The position numbers were made by a program, and so were the translations under genes. Below are positions 1 through 11,887 of a stretch of DNA of 64,000 nucleotides, piece by piece. This DNA comes from Orbicella franksi (Eukaryota), in NCBI GenBank assembly GCA_964199315.1, contig OZ116698.1:6758001-6822000 (forward strand), given 5' to 3'. Every line of letters starts with the position of its first letter. The first letter of the stretch is position 1. Below the pieces are notes generated by a model. It saw only the letters and a list, made by a program, of their open reading frames with translations, made no database searches and was not told where the DNA came from.

Positions 1-3
1 CCC

Positions 4-492
4 ATGAGTGCCAATGGGCATATTCCATCAGGTTACTACACTGAACCTGGGAAGAACAAGTCTCCGAAAGGGAAGGATGGAAAAAGGAAATCCAGGGAGC
101 TAGAAGACAGCGGAAGATACAAAGGGGAGGTTTTAGTACCAGTGAGAGAGGTACAGTTATGGCCGTTGGAAAACTCATCAAATCAACCGCCATACCCACT
201 TCCTAAGGAAGATTACGACACGGATGGAGCAACTTGGTACTATGCTAGATCAACTGATGGGCAAAGCTTGGCCAGTTCAAGATCAGAAAGTGCTTTGATT
301 CCGCCTTCAGCGGCTGAAAACTATCCAAGGCACGGCTCCCAAAACGTCAATGGCAGGATTGCCGCTCCGTCACTCCAGCAGGATGCGTCACCAACTACAG
401 CAAAAGTAATGGACGACCAATTTCATGCAGACCTAGATCCAGATAAACTTAAACGCGTCAAGCGAGTCGGTGTTCCAATTTTGCCAGAATAG
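4..492 (+). CDS. 3-prime terminal coding segment of an unidentified gene, probably extending left of the window; low-complexity, possibly a cytoplasmic tail
   Basis: 162-codon open frame starting at the window edge and ending at TAG 490-492. Protein-like S/P/G/K/D-rich composition, no recognisable domain. AATAAA at 791-796 could be the polyA signal. Confidence 0.6.
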   Translation: MSANGHIPSGYYTEPGKNKSPKGKDGKRKSRELEDSGRYKGEVLVPVREVQLWPLENSSNQPPYPLPKEDYDTDGATWYYARSTDGQSLASSRSESALIPPSAAENYPRHGSQNVNGRIAAPSLQQDASPTTAKVMDDQFHADLDPDKLKRVKRVGVPILPE

Positions 493-1483
493 TAAACAGT
501 AATCAACTCTGTTCACACAGAGTTTGCCTGATCCCACAACTATGGGATTTTCATTGCGTATAAAGAGTGTTTCGTTTCTCTTGTATTACGTGATTCCTGT
601 ATGAAGAACATTCACGAACACCAGCTAAACTTCACGTCACTTTTCGCAGTGTGCTGAAGAAAAGTAAATCAATCATTTAGAAAAAAAAATAATAATAAGA
701 CCATGGTAAAAATAATGTCACAAAAAACCGCAAACGTATTGTTTTGCGGTGAGACAATGAGTTAAATTTGATTTAAGATATATTAAAGCTAATAAAATCT
801 ACAGGGGCATTTTTTTACGATACTGACAACAATATGGTTGAATGTGCCTAACAAATCACATGCAGTCTCATGCATCGTCTTAAGTTCAGCTGGAGAAACA
901 TAGTATCTGACAAACGCTGGAAAACAGAGCATTATAGCGTCTATTTTGTTTTTCTAAGATAATAGTTCAAAGGCATCCGTTCGGTTTACTTCAAAAGTTA
1001 AACTACTAATACTCTTAAAAGAGAAAAGACACAATCATTTGACTTTGGGGCAAGGAATAAAAATTATCTTAAATGAACGACCAGAGTCCTCCTGTTTTTT
1101 TATTCACACAGTTCCAACTATCCCAACGGAAAGAAAACGAAAGGAGCCCTCCCTACAACCATTACTTCCCACAGGGGGCACACACATCCGACTGTGTATT
1201 TGCTGTCACTTTGAAACAAAATAGAGAAACCTGCGAAAACTCGCACATTTCCGAACACTTTCCGAATTTTGTCGGGCTCCCATCTTCGTACCAGACGACT
1301 GCCTATTGAAAACGAGTGCGAACGAAAAGACGCGTTACACACATATGAGCTATAACCAATTTTTTTCTAGCACCAACGGCCAATTCCCTCCACGAGATGT
1401 GCCTGCGGGGAATCAAGGTAGTTGTATTCATCATATTTGTTTTAATGAATACAACTACCACGATTCCCAGGCGCGTCACTTAA

Positions 1484-2255
1484 AGTGCCTATGAAGTAAA
1501 AAACAATTGCTGCTGATTTGAAAGGCTTTTCAAAGTAAAGAAGAATGGCGTTTTCATTTTTGGAATATCTTTTTTCGTTTTAGAGATATTCACGTTTTTG
1601 TGTTACAAGAGATGACGTCATAGGTGGTTCCACTAAAACAGTTCAACACTCAATCAAGAAAATCTCTAGAAATATTAAAGCAGTGTTCTTTAAACTTGAC
1701 ACCAGAAATGTAAATCACAAAAGAAACAAAATAACACCCGTTGTGCCGTCGCCATGACAACAGTTATGCCGCTGGTCCTGTTTTAATTAAAACTAACATT
1801 ACCAGATTTTATCTTAAACAAGGATCATCCACTCCCAACAATCTAATGGGGAGAGTTAAGGCAACATGGGAATCATGTGTGTTCCGAGCAAGACCTTCTG
1901 TCCCTTTTCGAAGGGTTGCAAATTGGCATATTTTGTTTTTCACAGAAAGAGACTGGAGCCAAAAGTGTTGCCATGGCAACAACACAGAAGGTGTCATTCT
2001 GTTTCTTTTGTGATGCACATTTGTGGTGCCAAGTTTGAAGGACACTGCTCCAATATTTCTAGAGATATTCTTGATTCAGTGTTTTACTGTTCAAATGGAA
2101 CCACCTATGACGTCATCACTTTCCTCATTTGCATAACACAAAAACGTAAATATCTCTAGAACGAAAAAAGATATTGCAAAAAGGGAAACACCATTCTTCT
2201 TTACTTTGAAAAGCCTTTCAAATAAGCATCACTTATTTTTTACTTCATAGGCACG
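1484..2255. mobile_element. Non-autonomous DNA transposon (MITE) with long imperfect TIRs and TTAA flanks; Kolobok-like by inference
   Basis: Left end TTAA|AGTGCCTATGAAGTAAAAAA; right end TTTTTTACTTCATAGGCACG|TTAA. Inverted similarity continues about 280 bp inward (GAAAGGCTTTTCAAAGTAAAGAAGAATGG vs CCATTCTTCTTTACTTTGAAAAGCCTTTC). TTAA at 1480-1483 and 2256-2259. No transposase ORF. Confidence 0.85.
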
Positions 2256-2493
2256 TTAAAAGGATCGGAATTGACCATTCGATCAATTTTGAGTGTTCCC
2301 TCTACAAAAATCGTATTCTGCAACAATCAGTTCAATGGTCTTTACTGAGAGTGACTGTAAAGTACCCAACAAGCATGTTTGGACATCAGTGAAATGAACA
2401 CAATTTTAAAGAAGAAAGTTAGAAATTGGTTTCACTAAACTGGTAGACCAGGGAAAAACACTTAAAATAACAACAAAGTTAACGTCGGCAGTA

Positions 2494-2793
2494 GATGACC
2501 TTGTTCACCTAGACTACAAAACAGTCGTTTTCGGACGTTTCCGGAAGGCGCGAAGCGCAGTAAGCGGGATCCCCGCGTGTGAAGCGCGCGAGCCTCACAC
2601 GCCCGTAGCGTCTCTCCCCATTCTCCCTCGCCGTTTTTACACTCGCTCCAGACCTTTCGTTCGAATATTGACCGTCGCTTGCGTTCGCAAAAAATACGAC
2701 TGTTTTGCAGTCTATTGTTCACCGTGAGTCTCTTCTCCAAGGGAGATCGTGAGCGGCCGCATGGTGTTTGGGAGGTCATGGGTTCGAATTCCC
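2494..2793 (+). repeat. Degenerate copy of the tRNA-like repeat seen at 52.2-52.6 kb, interrupted by the 2510-2714 MITE
   Basis: GGTGTTTGGGAGGTCATGGGTTCGAATTCC (2763-2792) matches GGTGTTCGGGAGGTCATGGGTTCGATTCC (52462-52490). Removing the MITE and one TSD gives ATGACCTTGTTCACCGTGAGT, matching ATGACCTTGCTCTCCATGAGT of the 52-kb copy. Confidence 0.7.
2510..2714. mobile_element. 205-bp MITE with TAG...CTA termini and a 9-bp target-site duplication
   Basis: TIR TAGACTACAAAACAGTCGT (2510-2528) vs ACGACTGTTTTGCAGTCTA (2696-2714), 18/19 match. Direct repeat TTGTTCACC at 2501-2509 and 2715-2723. Confidence 0.9.
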
Positions 2794-3222
2794 TTGGAGG
2801 ATGTTTTCTTTCTGCTTAGGCTAATGCCATAATGACCATTTCATTTCTTCCCGTTCATTATCGCCCATACAGCCCTCCACAATTCTGTTTCTAACAATCC
2901 CCAGGGTATTTAGCAGCAGTCTTACACCAAATGAGGCTGTTTTTTGCGTTTTTTTCTTCCTTACAAAGCACTATCGGTTACTATTTACTTTCTTTACTTT
3001 ATATTTACATATCTGTGTATTAGCTAGGAATTGGAGGAATAAAATAATAATAATAATAATTTTAAAAAATGAGGCTTTCCGTAAATCAGTGGACAGAGCG
3101 CTTGCCCTGTGTTTGGATGAACAATTTAGTAAACGTGGAGCGCGATTGCGAATGCGAAGCGCGAGACCAAAAGAAAAAAAACAAAACAAAACAGAAAACG
3201 ATTTATTTTCTTTGCTACTTTT

Positions 3223-4388
3223 GGGGGTCCCCAATAGGTTTGGCGGGATGCGGGATTTGGCTTTGTTTTTTTCGCCGATATATTCGGGATTTGAGCTGAA
3301 AACAGGGGCGGGAAGCGGGAATTACAATTACGAGTGGGAGCGGGATTTCGTGTTTTTATGGGGTTGGGATGTGGGATTCGCAAAGGGAACAGAGCGGGAT
3401 AAGGGATTTCAATTCTTACGTGACCTCATAAATTGACCAGCGCAAAAGCCGCAAGAAATGAACCTTTTGTGCGTATAGCTGTGTCAGGTTTCAAGTAATG
3501 AATAGCAACGGCTCTGTATCCTGTCAGGTACTGTCGAACGTATCCATTATCGCTTGACTAAGTTAGTATCATGAGACTGTATTAAGTCTTTGAGTCCTAT
3601 TGCGATACTCTGACATCAATGACATCTGTCCATTTCCCACATCCTCGACACTTGCGTATATAATCTTGACCGCTTCCCCTCCCCACACCCCGATCCTTTC
3701 TAGTTTTTCTAGTCTTTCGACCTTTCCTAGAACGCTTGTCTTGTTTTGGCCAGGATGCCCCCATTGGTTGGCGGCGATAGCGATTTACCGAACGAAGTAT
3801 GAGACATTATAAATTGCGTCGCCATATATTACGAAAAGGATGTGCAAGTGGGAATGCCTTCATTCGGAAAGAAAAGTTCTGAGCCCAGATTTCAAGGAAA
3901 GAGAAGACGCTGAAAGCTTTGAAAGAAACTGTCAGGTGTGTTTACGGGCCATCTCTTGAATACGGAGGTGAAAAATCTTTTTCTTTCACTGATACGTGGA
4001 CAAAAGAAAACAAAACAGTAAACAGTTTACAGAAAGAAACATTATAATCTTTTGAAGAATACAAAAGCAAAAACCGACACAACGTAGGATGATTTCTCGA
4101 AGGTGTACTATATTTCGGCTGGCTAAACCAGACTTCTTCAGGTACATTGTGCTTACTTATCTGCTACCCATTGATTCCTTTTGTGATGCTTTATGCGATA
4201 TCTTTTTTAAAAAGATTCTGTGTTAATAATTAAGGTAATTATTAATTTAACTAATTAATAATTAACGCAGCAACGTCTTTAAAAAGTAGGCGGGATCGGG
4301 ATTTCCAGGCAAAAAAGGGCGGGATGACGGGATTAACAGGGAAAAATGGGCGGGAAAGCGGGATCTGAGAACCCTATTGTGGACCCTC
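3223..4388. mobile_element. About 1.17-kb non-autonomous TIR element with subterminal GCGGGAT motif arrays
   Basis: TIR GGGGGTCCCCAATAGG (3223-3238) vs CCTATTGTGGACCCTC (4373-4388), 14/16 match. ACTTTT flanks both sides (3217-3222, 4389-4394). (GC)GGGAT-like motifs cluster at 3240-3410 and 4289-4365. Confidence 0.75.
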
Positions 4389-5908
4389 ACTTTTCGCCTT
4401 CCACGTTCGTCCGCGCACTTCACTCTCGGGAGTCACACTCGTGCTCTGCCCCGCCTGTTCCGCCTTCAGGCTAGGGAGTTCGAGGGCGCGATATGAATCT
4501 TGTCTGTGTCTCAGATCTTTTCTTTGTCCCACGTCCTGCGCTTCTACAGGATAAACATTGTCTCTTTCTCTTTTCACTACCGAGCCACAATTTTTTCTCT
4601 AGGTACCTCTTTATTTTTCTTTAGATGATTTTTGTTTTTAAATTCTCTTGCAGTGGAGTAGGAGTGTTTAGTTTCTTTGGATAATTTTAGCTTTCTTTAT
4701 CGCTTGAAAAATTTTGGTTTGGTCAAGATGGCAGCTGTTTGGAGATACAGTAATGAGAACATTTCTATGCCATATGACTTCATGCTCCATATTACGCACC
4801 TCAAAGAAAATATTTGGATATGTTATAAGACTTATAAATCCACCAGGTTTCCTTTTCAGAGCTTTAATATTTGAACGACTAGTCCATAATCTACACAACC
4901 TAAGGGTGTTTACATTGAGGACTGAAAGATAAGGCCCGATAAAGAATCTCGAACAAATTGCAATTGTGAGGTATTTTGGACATCAGTGAATTTTAGCTTA
5001 AAATCTGTTGCTCACATATCGTTCAGATTTATCGATCATGCTACTTTTTACATATATTAAAATACGTTTAAACGACAATTTAATGCTTAACATTAAATTA
5101 AGGGTTTATTTTGAACGAAACTAACCGCCGAAGTGGGAGTTGGTTGAGTTGGTTTTACTTAGTACTTTCCACCACACGGAAAGGAGAAACCAGGACGACC
5201 AATCACAATGCATCTGACATATGTTCAGCGTCTTCTGGGAGAAATTGAAGGGATACTACAGCCGAGTCAAATTGTGGCACTTTTTCTGAAAATTAGGACA
5301 GCTGGCGGAAACTTGTGGTCACGTGCTCCGCAGCCAACCGCTTATGGTTATATAATTAGCGTTTCTAAGACAATGACGGTGATACGACGCTCGGCGGACT
5401 AATTACGTGATTTCTGGTGGTGAACCATCCTTATGCAGCGACGCCGGTGCCATTAATGGAGCTAAATATCATACAGTGCACGTGGTTATCACCAGCTAGC
5501 GAAAAATGGCCATGAAAAAATACGACGTTATTTCAAAAGACTGTTAACAGCCGAATTAAAAGGCAATCTTATTTTTTGCCTTCGTTAAGTTCCAGAGGTC
5601 TATGTTGTCACAAAGGTAGCCCTTACTTTGATTCAAAGTATCAATAAGTGGAACTTGATTGCTTCCCCCATTTAAGCTAATCCATAGCAACCTGTTTATT
5701 CCATAAAACCCTGCATATAGCTTGTGTATTATACATATTGTTGTAATTAGGATTTCTATATACCGTTAAAACCATCTGGTGTAGGGTGGAATCTTTGACC
5801 CCAACATCTACCATATGTTCCGCTTTGCTTCTAAGAATTTATTTCAAGTCTTAATATCTATTCTTAGGGAGTATTGTGCCACAACTATTTATAGTACTTA
5901 ATTATTGT

Positions 5909-7274
5909 CTATCGACATCCACACGCCGACGCAGTCATTTCAGGAAATGCCTTCAATATAATGGCGTTGTCCTCCCCATTGCGATATAAGACTGAGAGCG
6001 AATGCAACTCTGTTGGAACACAAGAAGGGCTCGGAACATAGCTGTAAGAGGCATGGTATTGGAGAATGTTCTGCAAGATGGCGTGATTGGTGACGTCCAG
6101 TGGGTAAACTGGAACTTTGGGGCAGGTTCCCTCACAGTAATTAGCCCAATAGCTTCGAGGCGTGATTATCCATCGGTTCCACTTGAGGTCTTTGAAACGC
6201 ACCCTTAAGCGGCGTCGGCGGCAGTGCCTTTCTTGGATAGCTCGACTTTGACGATCGATTACTGTTGTATTTGTGCGGAACATTAGAAATGGTTTGGCCC
6301 GTTTTGTTCCTAACTCGATGCTTCCAAGAGTTGTCTGGGAAGATTCATCTTCCGAATCCCTCGTGTAGGTCACTAGAAAGGGCCTATGTCTTCCTTTCTT
6401 ACCAATATGAAATTCAGCGCACAGGGCACCATCAACAGACAGCCGAAATCCCATTTTTCTTTCTGATTCTTGAGTTATCATTTTCACAGCAGTCGTGACG
6501 TTGAACTCTAGCCACTGACCTTTTAAGGAGTTCTTTACTGTTAAGGAATCTACTAATGTTTTCGTGGGATTCTTTCCGTTAACGAAGCTATGCACCATAA
6601 CTGAATATTCACATCTCAGCTGTTCGATGTCAGTAGCCTTTTTCTTAAGAACACGAAGTTCAGCTTTCACCAAATTCTTTGATGTCATAGAGCGTAAATC
6701 AAACATTAATTCAAAAGCTCTCATGGGCATTACTTGTCTAACTCCTCCTATTTTTCAAGAAAGAAAAAGAAACTCAAATAGTTGCATCTTTCCGGACTAT
6801 GCTATCAAACTTCATCTTTACAAAGTTTTCGATATGACAACAATTGGTAAATATGCATCAATAAAAGGTTTTGGACGACAGCTTAAGTTTTGGTTACCTT
6901 GTTGTCTAACAGTGCAGCCCTAATATTCTCTAAGTGACAGATTTAATTGTCCTACGTGATGACTGAAAGACAAATGTCCATAACCAAAGCGTTAAGCAGG
7001 TGTTAATGTCGAACGTTGATTCAACAAGCCTACCTTCGAGAAAGAAAGCAGTTATGGTGTTCCTGCAGTTTTTCCTTGCGGGATAGTGCCTTTGTCGATA
7101 AAGCTTTAGAAGGAATCTCGGTACGGCATGTTCTTGCTTGACGTATGAGAAACCTCCACCTGATTCCAAAAGCTGCGAATTGGAAGATGTACTGCTCGAG
7201 CGAATTGAATCAGCAATCGGAAAAGGAGTTAGTGCAAAAGCCAATGCTGCTAACAGCACATTAAAATGATGCAT
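5909..7274 (-). CDS. TGF-beta superfamily ligand, BMP/GDF-like (paralog A), about 359 aa, 2 coding exons, lacking the inter-chain cysteine
   Basis: Exon 1 7274-7034 (signal peptide MHHFNVLLAALAFAL, prodomain VPRFLLKLYR); donor GAAG|GTAGGC. Acceptor TTTCTTGAAAAATAG|GA; exon 2 6747-5909, phase 1. Furin-type RQSR site. Cystine knot C-RRR...WIITP...YCEGTC...TNHAILQ...SCVPTEL...CGC. AATAAA (minus strand) at 5700-5695. Confidence 0.95.
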
Positions 7275-7665
7275 GTTTATAGCATCTGGTGTATAGTGAA
7301 TACTTGGACGGGCACATCCAGTAAAAATTCAATTTTTCAAATTCTCCTGACGAGCCTTTAGATCAGACGAATTCGATAGGACACGACTGTGGTTATGATT
7401 TGGAAATAAATGCGCCTATGTTATTATGTATACGCGTCTGTTTCGCCACTGACCTGATCTCTCGCTATGGGTCGACAACTCTTTAATGAGTAGCGCATTA
7501 GAAAAAAACCGATAAAGATGTGAGATGACTGATAAAGAGACTTAGCCTTGAGAACAATTTGCTTAAAGATATGTCTAATTTCCTTTTAAAATATGCTGAA
7601 CTGCTAAAGAATTCGAATTCTTTCAGCTGAGGAAATTAAATGGTCGACACAATATTCTTTTTTTA

Positions 7666-8165
7666 CACCCGCTTTCAGTGTTACGTGCAAAGGCGACATC
7701 TTTCGACCATCTTTCCACATGCTATGAAAGACCGTTAAACTGTGAAACTAGTAGTTTTTCCGGTCATTAGCGGAGGAAATGACAAGTTAATGATAATTAC
7801 CTACCCCAAATGGCTGAAGAAGATTTGGACTTTGCATGTTACCGTATTTACGGGATGATTCAAGCGATTTAGTGTAGTCGATCGGTTCTCAATAGTGACT
7901 TCCGGTGAAATTGGGCCGCTGCCACTCTTAATATTCGCAACGTGTAAACATTCACAACAATCGACTTATTTCTGCTAGAATGACTTCTTGATACTCCTAA
8001 CCTTAATTTGATGTCAAATAAATCAATCTTTCATCATTACAATTCGAGTTCGACCGTAAAGAAGTCCGTTGTGCTTACATTTTCTAAGTAGGCCAGGCTA
8101 CTTAGCAGGTCGAAAGATGGCATGTCGAAAGATGTGGCCTATGCAAGTAACACTGAAAGCGGGTG
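7666..8165. mobile_element. 500-bp MITE with TA flanks (Tc1/mariner-type TSD by inference)
   Basis: TA|CACCCGCTTTCAGTGTTAC...GACATCTTTCGAC at the left; GTCGAAAGATGT...GTAACACTGAAAGCGGGTG|TA at the right; about 45-bp imperfect TIR. Confidence 0.8.
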
Positions 8166-8741
8166 TAATACACATTGAAATACACTGAGATAACAAGAAA
8201 GTTTTGGTTAATTGATTAGCTTTTCAGCTATGCGTTATTCAGTTCAGTAGCCACAAACGAAATATATCTAAATGGTAAAACTGATAAAACAGAATGTTTA
8301 ACTTTGGACCATTCTAGCTCAGCTTAACTCTGTCGTCTATTTTTCCATCCACGACCATGCAAAAAGCCCGGTAGCAGGGATTTCAATCCAGCTTTATGTG
8401 TGTTTGGAATAGAGGGTCCAAGTCGAAAACCTATGACCGCTGAAGAAAACGCTTAATGATCTCAAGAGATTTTGATCAGCGAAGAAAATTGTTTTAAAAT
8501 CCATCTGAGTTTCGTCAGCTGAGAAAATCTTTTTCTTCTGATAAAACAGTTTTAACTGGCTTTTTCGCTTTGCGAGCCTGGGTAAGGGGGAGGGGGTGTT
8601 CTTGTACTTTGAGATCCCCCTCCCATGTCTCCCCTCTCAAAGAGTAAGGAGTAATCAAAAGAAGTCAACATTATATTACGTGCAAAACATCCAAACTTGT
8701 TTTCTCTTGAGAAAGTCACGTGTCACTTGTGAAGTCATATA

Positions 8742-9786
8742 CGCTGGACAAACTGTTCTGGATCGACGTTTTACAACAAACAATTAAAACGAACAAAGTG
8801 ACACAAATAATTTTGTGATTGTCTTAAACTTTACTAAGTTCCACACAGGGAAACTTATTTTTATATGGATCACGCAAGAAAGGCTTGCTTTACACCTTGT
8901 CCAAATTTGGTATGTAACTGAGTCACAAAAGTATGCAAAATCACGTAATTTCTGAGAAAGAAGAGTCACATTTGGACGGTTGTTTTGAGAAGAAACTCTT
9001 CACGTGCTGGTGCTTTTTTTGTCAAGATTTTGACAAGAAAGCATGAGAAAGACTTACAACTTATTGGTCACTGAAATACAATACTATCTTCAGAAACTGA
9101 TCTTCGTTCTTGCCAAGGATCGGTCTTCCACACGTTTTGAAAATGGCTGCCTTTAGCTCGCCCTCCGTACAAGCCACAAATGCACAACGGATATTGCTGT
9201 GTTAAGGCGCTGTTGGCTAAGAACCTCAGACACTGGTATTTGTGCTTTTAGGAAAGTTTTCAGACCTTTTTCTGGGCTCGTCTACCAGGAGCTTGCCATT
9301 TTCTCACATAACAGCTTGAATTAACTTTGCTTGGTTTGCCTTGTGGTATTTTGCGGTCCTTCAGTGGCAGCATCACTACTTGAATCTTCGATTCTCTTTA
9401 CACCGCTTATATATCACAGGATTACAGTGTTGTTTAGATGGATTATCGCTCCGGCCTCCTTCATGCCATCTCGTCGAATTTGTGAAAAAAAATCCATAAA
9501 CAAGTGACGATGTTCTTCGCACAACAGCATTGGTCTAACACTACGATGTCGATGTAAACCAAAACTATTTTTTCCCAGAAATCGCGCAATTTTCCTTACT
9601 TTTGTGATTCAGTACGCAAATTTAGATACGTTGTAGCGCAAGTCTTCCTTGCGTGATCTATATGAAAACAAGTTTCCATATGTGGAATTTACTAAGGTTT
9701 AAGTCAATCAAAAATTTATTTGCATCGTTTTGCTTGTTTTGATTTTTGGTCGTAAAACGTCGATCCAGAACAGTTTTGTCCAGCGC
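8742..9786. mobile_element. About 1.05-kb non-autonomous element with about 220-bp diverged TIRs
   Basis: CGCTGGACAAACTGTTCTGGATCGACGTTTTAC at the left is the reverse complement of GTAAAACGTCGATCCAGAACAGTTTTGTCCAGCG at the right. Similarity extends inward to about 8960 and about 9570. TSD not clearly readable. Confidence 0.8.
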
Positions 9787-10469
9787 ACTATCATGCAATA
9801 TTGACGTGAAACGTCTGTCATATTAAATATGAAGATGCAATAGCTAAAAAGTTTTTAGCATCAAAATATTTATGAAATCCAAATCTAGCCAAACATTTCA
9901 AAACAACTTAAACTTGAAAAAACTCCAAATTTAGTCCGGCAAAAAAAAAACCTCCTTTGAATACATGGTTGCCATAGAAGTTAAATCACATGACCAGAAA
10001 AGTCCCACAGCTTCCAAGCTATTCAGACCGCGGAACGGGCGGGGGATGCCCGCGCTGACCTTAACATTTGTAATAACTTACCTTAGTAGAATTCTACTAG
10101 CATACTAATGCAAATGCTGCAATCTGATTAGCTGAACTACTCGTATACTAACAGCCATTAGAGTGCAGTGGCTGTGGGGCGTCCACGATATGCGACGTTT
10201 GTATCGTTTATCGTTTGGAAGAAAGTTTAAACGTAAATAGATAATTAAATTCCTGAGAAGACTAAAAGATCGACATTAATGGTTTCCTGACTTTAAAAAC
10301 TTGAAATTATTAAAAAAAAAAAAAAAAAAAAGGTGCGCGCGCGTAAACAACTGCAAATTTCCAATGCAAATTCAATCCGTGCGATTTTGTTAAAGCGTAA
10401 AGTTTAATAATGCGTAGAAAAATAATTGGAAACCGTTATTTGCGTTAATTTCAGTTAGAATTCTACTAA

Positions 10470-10576
10470 AACAATTAGATTATTAGCTCTTGATTTCTTT
10501 GAGGTGATAGTTGATACGGCCTTCGGTGTCATCAACTATCAACTCATAGAAATCGAGAGCGAATAATCTAATGGTT
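10470..10576. repeat. Short palindromic (fold-back) repeat; second copy at about 17739-17825
   Basis: AACAATTAGATTATT-AGCTCTTGATTTCTTTGAGGTGATAGTTGAT / ATCAACTATCAACTCATAGAAATCGAGAGCGAATAATCTAATGGTT form an imperfect hairpin. The same left arm (AACAATTAGATTATGAGCTCGAG) starts at 17739. Confidence 0.75.
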
Positions 10577-11887
10577 AATTAGAGTGCAATCCTGGTTACA
10601 TCTGAAAATTCCGCCCCTGTCTAGGAGATGCATAATCTTTATGATAAGCAACCCAAAGTTTCATTTCCATATTAATTCGATCATATTTGACAGAAATATG
10701 CGTGTTTTGGTGACTTCTTTCGAATTAGGACACTTTGTGCGCATACCATAAGGAGCATGCATTTCGTTAGCGTCGGTGAAGTTTTGGACATATTCCGTTC
10801 CCATGACAACCGCATTTCAACGTTCATTTTTTCCAAATTTGGAATCTTCTTGCTCTTATTAACAAAATTTAACTTCAATGCAGTTGTTTTCTTTATAATT
10901 ATTGTTCTTTTAGTATTGTGATATTGACTGTAATTAGCTTTGAGATTTTGGGTGATTTTCTTGCGTTTTGGAAAAATCGAGCAATCTAAGATGGGGAATC
11001 CAATATGGTGTGTGTTTAAAATGATGACGTAATTCCCACGTGATATTATGACATCTTCTCAATTTGGACGTACTATATATCTTCCAAGTTTCATTCGTTT
11101 CATTCGCATTGCTAAAAATATTCTTAAAGCTATGAAGAAGGTGCGGATTCCCCTCCTCCTTCAGGCATAGTATTTAGATTTGTTTTAACTACGGTTTATC
11201 CTTTGTGAACTTTTTGTCGGCGGAAAAATTTTCACAAAATATAATAGTACACCTCTATTAAGTCGCAATGACAAGATGCTCGAAAAGCTCCTGTTGATCT
11301 GTATACCTGCGTTATTAACGACAGTCGTTGGGTGAAATGACAAACTAATGACAGTGACATAAGGGAATTAAGTCCAAATTGCGAAACGAGAAGCTTTGAA
11401 ATTTATAAGGAAGCCTTGGATACCTTCCCTCACTGAGAGCCTCTAAAATGCATAAACGTCTTTGGGTAAACAGTTCAGAACACAAAGCTTCCAATTGCCT
11501 CTCTTTCGATATCATGGTGTTTTTAATTCCGAGAACAGTTCAAACGTATAATCATTGTGTGTAACCTTGCACGGATGGCAGCATCAATATTGTTTTATCG
11601 CAGAAGTTATTGATGTCGGACTGAATCATCCAGATCTTGGGTATTTTCTCCGAACACTGTTCTCTGGATCTGCTGATCACTTTTTCAGGCCAATACGGTT
11701 TTCATCATTTTATTATTATATTTGTTTCCTGTGGTAAAATTAGCCCATAAATCTCATGTTGCCGTGCGCTCTTAAGTAACAGGTCACAGTTACATCAACA
11801 TGCGGTAAAAACAAAAAAGAGGCCCTCGAGCCGTCAAGAGATTGTGCATGGAGGTCTCACCACATTTGACGTCATCTTCGTTCTATT

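Noticed and set aside
7430-7450. Smad-binding autoregulatory element upstream of paralog A
   Set aside because: GGCG and AGAC are present but do not fit the GRCGNC-N5-GTCT spacing; too short to be significant.
8990-9540. Transposase remnant inside the 8742-9786 element
   Set aside because: All frames I tried were interrupted and showed no DDE or other recognisable motif.
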